Translations under genes and position numbers: made by a program
Shown here: piece after piece, positions 26,638 to 32,000 of the stretch
Numbering within the stretch: the first letter of the stretch is position 1
Layout of the letters: each line of letters starts with the position of its first letter
Notes under the pieces: model-generated
What the model was told of the DNA's origin: nothing
The model's input: only the letters and a program-made list of their open reading frames with translations
Database searches by the model: none
Assembly: GCF_000014265.1 (NCBI RefSeq)
Contig: NC_008312.1
Span: 1,860,001 to 1,892,000, forward strand
Source: Trichodesmium erythraeum IMS101
GTDB taxonomy: Bacteria > Cyanobacteriota > Cyanobacteriia > Cyanobacteriales > Microcoleaceae
DNA length: 32,000 bases
Reading direction: 5' to 3'

Positions 26638-28128
26638 CTAATGAATATATTCCCTGAGAATATGGTTTCGCTTTGGATCTTCTAACTTTCTCAATGCTTT
26701 AGCCTCTATTTGCCTAATTCTTTCCCGCGTTAAATTAAAAGTATCACCAATTTCTTTGAGGGTCTTTTCTTGACCATCATCCAAACCGAATCGCATTTGT
26801 AACACATTTCTTTCTCGTTCAGTTAGAGTTTTCAAAACACTTTCTACATCTTCTTGCAAGCAATTTTCAAAGACATATTTTGTTGGTGTTTCCCCATTAA
26901 ATTTAATCATTTCCTTGTAGATAATGTTTTCCCCTTTATTTATAGGGTAGTCTAGAGATAAAGTTTCTTGAGCGCATTCTATAATAAATTGCAACTTCTC
27001 CGTTGTCATTTCCATGCGTGTAGCAACTTCTTCTGCAGTTAGGGGAGAACATTCTATTGAAATTTGCTTAACTATTTTCTTAATTTGGGAAATAGTTTCG
27101 TAGAGATAAACTGGCAACCGAACGATCCGAGAATAGTCACAAATAGCTCTGGTAATAGCTTGTCGAATCCACCAAATACCATAAGTAGAAAACTTATAAC
27201 CTTTTGTATGATCAAATTTTTCTGTGGCACGAAGTAATCCTATAACTCCCTCTTGAATTAAATCTTGGAAGTCTAGACCACGGTTTTGGTATCGTTTGGC
27301 AACTGATGTCACCAGTCGCAAGTTAGCTGTCACCATTTGATTTTTAGCTCGTCTACCTTGCTCGAGGCGATCACACAGTTCCCATTTGCTCATTTTGGCT
27401 TCTGTTGCCCATTCTATTTCGTTAGGCGAACGGTTGAGCTTTTCCTCTAATTTTTCATAAATTTTCTCTAAAGCTAATAGCCCATCAATTTGATGTGCTA
27501 AATGAATTTCTTCCTCAGGGTGCAAGCGGGCGAAGCTATTAACTTGCTTATAATAAAGTTGAATTGAGTCTTCAGTAAATGTTCCAGTAGGCGGTTCTAT
27601 GTCTGGGTCGTAGCTACCTTCACTATTATGTTTATTTGTCAATTCTTCTGTAGGTTCACAATTATTTATAGCTACATTTTCTAGCCAGTAAGTATCATAA
27701 TAATTAGGATTTTGACAATCAATTAACCACCATTTAATTGAAATTTTAATATTTTGATTTTCTCTTCTATGAGGAGCAACTATTATTAACTTATTATATT
27801 TTTTTGTGGCAATTAGCAAGAAATTATTTTTGTTTCTCAAGATTCCCTGAGAAATAGTTATTATTCTTTCTTGCTCTTTATAATTTGTTTTAAATTTTTC
27901 TTGTCTTAATTCTAAAAGAAATACTTGTAATTCCTCTTGGTTCGGATTATAAATTTTATAAGTATTATCAATCGTTTCTCTGCAATAACTTGGTAGTTCT
28001 AGTTGTTCAATATCTAAATGTTCAATTTGGAAATTGAAGCCAAGTTTTTCAAACAAAGCTACTATCTTTTTCGGGCTACTAATTTTTTTTAGATCGTCTA
28101 GTTCTAATGTATGCCCTATCATTATCAT
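26638..28128 (-). CDS. Sigma-70 family (group 2-like) RNA polymerase sigma factor with a ~185-aa non-sigma N-terminal extension
   Basis: Region 1.2-like DSIQLYYKQVNSFARLHPEEEIHLA starts at about aa 187. Region 2 is ANLRLVTSVAKRYQNRGLDFQDLIQEGVIGLLRATEKFDHTKGYKFSTYGIWWIRQAITRAI. Region 4.2 is KTLKEIGDTFNLTRERIRQIEAKALRKL. There is no in-frame ATG between codons 3 and 246. Confidence 0.85.
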   Translation of the reverse strand: MIMIGHTLELDDLKKISSPKKIVALFEKLGFNFQIEHLDIEQLELPSYCRETIDNTYKIYNPNQEELQVFLLELRQEKFKTNYKEQERIITISQGILRNKNNFLLIATKKYNKLIIVAPHRRENQNIKISIKWWLIDCQNPNYYDTYWLENVAINNCEPTEELTNKHNSEGSYDPDIEPPTGTFTEDSIQLYYKQVNSFARLHPEEEIHLAHQIDGLLALEKIYEKLEEKLNRSPNEIEWATEAKMSKWELCDRLEQGRRAKNQMVTANLRLVTSVAKRYQNRGLDFQDLIQEGVIGLLRATEKFDHTKGYKFSTYGIWWIRQAITRAICDYSRIVRLPVYLYETISQIKKIVKQISIECSPLTAEEVATRMEMTTEKLQFIIECAQETLSLDYPINKGENIIYKEMIKFNGETPTKYVFENCLQEDVESVLKTLTERERNVLQMRFGLDDGQEKTLKEIGDTFNLTRERIRQIEAKALRKLEDPKRNHILREYIH

Positions 28129-29027
28129 CTATCTCCAAAATTAATTTATCTTAATATCTTTAGTCCTCATTGATGTCAATTCAAGGCATTATTTTTTCTG
28201 TTTTTTTCGATTAGTAGCAAACTTATAAGAAACATTTTACTTCTATTTACTTCTGTTTCCTGAATTATTCTGATAGGTTTTTATGGGAATCATCTTCTGC
28301 ACCGCTATCGTAATCGTTTATTTTTCCCTAGTGACTCAAAGCTTCAAGTCAAGCAAAGCCTTACCTTTCTTCAACACAAGTAGTAATCACCAGATAAAAG
28401 TTTTAGCTATTACTACCATCAAAGAGCTTAATGAATCCATATATTTTATCATTATACCATATTTATTTTATGATGTCAAAAATGATGCTTCAAATTTTTA
28501 TGTAATTATGTTTGCAGGTGATTTATTAAATAATATATCACTACCATATTTCAAATACTATGTCAAATATTTGTTGTGTTGACTTATATTTCAAGAAAAA
28601 ATTTAGGCTCATTTCCCATCTCTGAGTCAGGTAGAAAATTATTTTGTGGCGCGGGAGTATTTAGACACATTGCAGAAAACGTCCGTAGGGATTAGTAATT
28701 GGAGTTTGGTGATTGAAAAGAAGAAAAACAATTAGGCCTGAGCAATATAGTAGCCGATCATAAATGGTTCGGACATTAGTTAATCCTGAAATTATCTCAA
28801 TAATTACTTTTGAATGCATCACTTTTTCCTGAGCTAAAGCTATATTTTATAAACATTTTTTTTAGAATATAACATAGTTGAAAATATAGAAAAATTATAT
28901 TGCAAAGAAATAGTTTTTTTTAAAGAAGCATATTTAAGAGACTGTTTTTCAAAAAAAAAACTAAAGATGGCCATGAAAAAGTATTGAAGGTAGGAAAATA
29001 AAAAAAACAATGATCACTGTCAAATAA

Positions 29028-29610
29028 ATGTCGCGAAAATCTTTAGCCAAGGCTCTAAGCCCTCGCCAGTGGGAACTACTCGAATCTCTGCTACCGAAAC
29101 CTCTACTCAACGAGGGCCAAAACCAAATGCTAATCTCATAGAAGTAGTAAATAGTATATTCTATATCCTTTACTCTGATTGTCATTGGCGTTCTTTGCCC
29201 CAGGATCTACCACCTTGGCAAACTGTGTCAACAAAATTTTCTAAATGCAACGGATATGTTGTTTGGGAACAAATCAATCATACTTTATGGCGAGAGACAA
29301 GAGTCCAATAAGCAAGACTTAATGGAGAACCTACTGCAGCCATTGTTGATTCTCGTAGGGTAAAAACAACAGCAAAAAGGGGGAAGTATATGGTTATGAT
29401 GGTGGTAAAAAAGGAAAAAGTCTTAAGGGTCATATCTTAGTTGATACTCAAGAAATACTACTAAGAGTAGTGGTAAGTGAGGAAAATATCGGAGAACTCT
29501 TAGGGGCTATAGCCTTGGTCATGAAACAGGGTGAAAATATTCCAGAAACACTAATTATACCACTTATCAAAAAAAATGCTATGCTTCATACTGCTATCAC
29601 ATATATGTAA
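29028..29610 (+). pseudogene. N-terminal half of an IS5-family (IS427/IS1031-like, DUF4096 + DDE) transposase, frameshifted and truncated
   Basis: The pieces read MSRKSLAKALSPRQWELLESLLPKPLLNE / RGPKPNANLIEVVNSIFYILYSDCHWRSLPQDLPPWQTVSTKFSKC.. / GEPTAAIVDSRRVKTT / GYDGGKKGKSLKGHILVDTQEILLRVVVSEENI. No downstream catalytic region is present. Confidence 0.7.
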
Positions 29611-29699
29611 AAAAATTACTTATTCATATTAAAATTGTTAATTATACCTACTTTTTCTAAAGCCTCAATGATGAACTGCTATCCTGTTAATGAAGCTAC

Positions 29700-29960
29700 A
29701 AAATCCTGGTTAATATTTAGCAGAATTTCCTTAAATTTTTTCTCAAAAGTCTGATAAATCTCCAATCTGATACAACTGCCCAATTACTTCTTTTTTTTGT
29801 ATCCATATTCAAGAACTAATAACCTACCTGCTGGTAAAATTTTTTGAGTTATTCAATGTTTTCAAATTGTTGACTCGGTTCAGGATGTTCACCTATTGTT
29901 ATAGGTTTTTGGGTCTAACCCTTGCGATAGTTATGCTGTGTTAACAGTTTGTCTACAACT
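29700..29960 (-). pseudogene. Possible ISAzo13-type transposase fragment
   Basis: The minus strand reads ..KPITIGEHPEPSQQFENIE.. and ..MDTKKKEVIGQLYQIGD.. in different frames. The second piece resembles the DTKKKE(L/V)(I/V)GNFKN motif of that family as I remember it. Confidence 0.35.
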
Positions 29961-30137
29961 GTAAAGTAAGAATTGAGATGAGATCGATTACTTCGGTAGT
30001 CATAAGTCTCTAACTTCTAAAAATATTAACTCACTTAACAAAAAATCAAACCATAGTAAAGTAATTATCTCAATGAGTCACAGCTCCTTCTAAATGCAGG
30101 AAAACTCAACCAGTTATCAAAAAAATAACTGGTGAAA

Positions 30138-30964
30138 ATGCTGTTGACTCAACAAAAAGTAATGGAAAAACTACAACTTGAAATTGAGACATTAAAACTT
30201 AGTCGAGAAACTGATAGTAAAACTTTTTCTAAACCCCTATCAACAGACTTGCTGAAAAAAATCAGACAAAGCAAAATACTCTAAAGATACTGGAAGCTCT
30301 GAGGCAAAAAAGAAACTCCACCGGGGGCAACCAGGTCATCAGAGTAAAATACCTCAAGGATTTCTAAATTGAACAGAATTGAAATCCTAAAACCTTATGT
30401 ATGTATGAATTGTAGTCAAACATATTTTTAAGATGAGCCAATTCAAGTAGAAACCCAACAAGTAGCACAACTGGTAGCTAAAACCATAGAAGTACTAGAG
30501 TACCAACGTCACAGGTGTCACTCTAAAAGCTGTAGTCAAGAGACATCTGCGGATTACTCTGCTCAGATGATATAATTAACTTGATTTAGGGCTCAAGCTA
30601 CAAGCTTTCTTGCCGTAATTAGGTAATTATGGACATTTACCTGAGGAAAAACAACAAGAGATGTTATGGGAGTTGGGAAAAATTAAGATTGGGTTAGAGA
30701 CTTTAGTTAATAAACTTCAAAGTTGTAGTTAATAAACTTCAAAAGTTGGAGTCAGCAATAAAACCTTATTTAGAACAATTATCAAATTGGGTAAAAACTG
30801 AACAACCAGCAATTCATATAGATGAAACGCCTTCGCTACTCAAAGGAATTAAGTAGTGACTATCGGTATTTACAAATAAAGATTTCTGTCTATTTAGAGC
30901 AACAGACACTAGAACCTATCCCACTAATAAAATGCAATGAATCCAAATTGTATAGTGGCGGGCG
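30138..30964 (+). pseudogene. IS66-family transposase, heavily decayed, with its 3' part cut off by the next element
   Basis: The pieces read MLLTQQKVMEKLQLEIETLKLSRETDSKTFSKPLSTDLLKK, ..RGQPGHQSKIPQGF.., ..QQVAQLVAKTIEVLEYQRHRCH.., ..HIDETPSLLKGIK..FTNKDFCLFRATDTR.. across many frames. The right boundary is approximate. Confidence 0.65.
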
Positions 30965-31592
30965 CTACAATTGCTTCAATACAAGCAGAAATACCCTCCT
31001 ATCCTACAACTAGGCGACGATATTTACCTTGATCCCAGGCAAAACAACCCTCTTGTTGAAAACGAGACACAGAAACTTTGATTGCACTTCCTGGTTTCTT
31101 TTTCCTTTTCCCAAGTCGTTTGGGCATTTGAGGTTTAATCCCTCTTTGATACCTTGCTTGTCTTTGTCGTTGCATCATATCCTTTATCAGTAGCAATGAC
31201 TTGAAAGCCCTTACGTGGCCGTCCTCTTTTGTAAGTTTTCAGACTAGTACTATCAATTTAGCAGAATTAGCTGTTCTCTTTCATTGCCATTAACAGGGGT
31301 AATATAGTTAACTACTGGTTATCCATTTCCTTGGCTCAAGGTATGAATTAAAATCTCCTTCCCTTTACGGCCGTAAGCTATATCCTCTCCTTCACCCTGA
31401 CCAGGAAGAAAAAGCTTCATCTACAGCTGTGTAGCTCCAATTGATTAGTCCTTGGTTGTTTGCAATTTCTAAAATTCGTCTTTGTAGATGTTTGAGAGTT
31501 CCATCTTCTTCCCAATGCTTCAGGCATCTGTGTGCTGAACTCTTGGAAGCCCTAATCTCTCAAGCTGTTACATCCCACATTTTGTGCTTCAT
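30965..31592 (-). pseudogene. IS5-family transposase, decayed, apparently inserted into the IS66 remnant
   Basis: The minus strand reads ..SSAHRCLKHWEEDGTLKHLQRRILEIANNQGLINWSYTAVD.., ..YGRKGKE..ITPVNGNEREQL.., ..RGRPRKGFQVIATDKGYD.., ..FAWDQGKYRRLVVGYER.. in shifting frames. The boundaries are approximate. Confidence 0.6.
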
Positions 31593-31630
31593 TATGTAGC
31601 ACTAAAAGATACATGAATCATCATCAGAAT

Positions 31631-31800
31631 TTAAGCCAACAAATTAAACATATTAATTCTATAGAACACAAAAAAATCAGTGGCATGAGTATTGTTTGCA
31701 AACCAGAGATTTCTTTTAGCAGGAGAAAGTACAGGAGCAACTATACTCCTATTGATAGCATCAATTAATTTTTGTAACCATTCAAAATGATTCAAGTGGT
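31631..31800 (-). pseudogene. C-terminal fragment of an IS66-family transposase, in the opposite orientation to the 30138 fragment
   Basis: The minus strand reads FEWLQKLIDAINRSIVAPVLSPAKRNLWFANNTHATDFFVFYRINMFNLLA*. Compare the IS66 tail DNN.AERSIRP.VLGRKNWLFANT..GA. Confidence 0.4.
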
Positions 31801-32000
31801 GTGAACATATGCGTTAGTGTGCGATCGCTTATTATTAAAATCACAGATAATATTTTTGATAACAAGAGGGTAAAAACTCTAAAATCAAGCTCCTTTTTTA
31901 TGTGAGATTAACTACTTTTTGTAATTGATTAATTATTAACAAATTTACTCATTGAAAATATTAAAATATCCATCTTAATATCGGAGTATTTATCAACTTT

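Noticed and set aside
28283-28582. 99-aa ORF upstream of the sigma gene
   Set aside because: Its composition is extremely AT-biased (I/F/Y/N/K) with no recognisable motif. It is most likely a chance ORF in a promoter region.
1-32000. tRNA, rRNA, tmRNA genes and prophage or integrase modules
   Set aside because: I found no T-loop-type GGTTCGAATCC-like motifs, no rRNA-like conserved blocks, and no integrase or phage structural ORFs. A tRNAscan/Rfam run would be needed to exclude small RNAs formally.

Overview
This is an AT-rich cyanobacterial chromosome segment. The evidence is 17 exact HIP1 octamers (GCGATCGC) by manual scan, STRR-type heptamer arrays, psaL-psaI, a DUF1830 gene and a HemW-type gene. 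The low coding density and heavy IS load suggest a Trichodesmium-like filamentous marine cyanobacterium, but that is inference only.

Conserved genes that look intact:
- hemW-type radical SAM protein and a DUF1830 protein (minus strand)
- a PIN/TRAM membrane protein
- the TIGR04282/TIGR04283-type glycosyltransferase pair
- psaL, and psaI (38 aa, absent from the ORF track)
- a ComB-type 2-phosphosulfolactate phosphatase
- a sigma-70 factor with an unexplained ~185-aa N-terminal extension

Roughly 10-11 kb is IS-derived:
- two near-identical IS701-like copies
- a DDE_Tnp_4/IS5-like element, an IS1 element and two IS4-superfamily elements, all with recognisable ends and all but one with clean target duplications, and all with broken transposase genes
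- an IS5/ISAzo13/IS66 debris field at 29-31.8 kb

Most interesting candidate: a co-directional minus-strand cassette at 1-5743. It encodes a small 3-TM protein, a divergent FtsZ/tubulin-like GTPase, and a very large protein whose C-terminal part has actin/Hsp70-fold motifs. I cannot assign it to any named system. It is inactivated here by an IS insertion and an in-frame TAG.

Second candidate: a decayed regulatory island at 22.6-28.1 kb with a sensor-less histidine kinase, a REC-AAA ATPase fusion split by an IS4 element, and the extended sigma factor.

Recurrent pattern: non-transposase genes are inactivated only by in-frame stop codons, whereas most transposases carry frameshifts.

I saw no rRNA, tRNA, CRISPR array or prophage structure. 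All protein-family calls rest on motif recognition by eye, not on searches.
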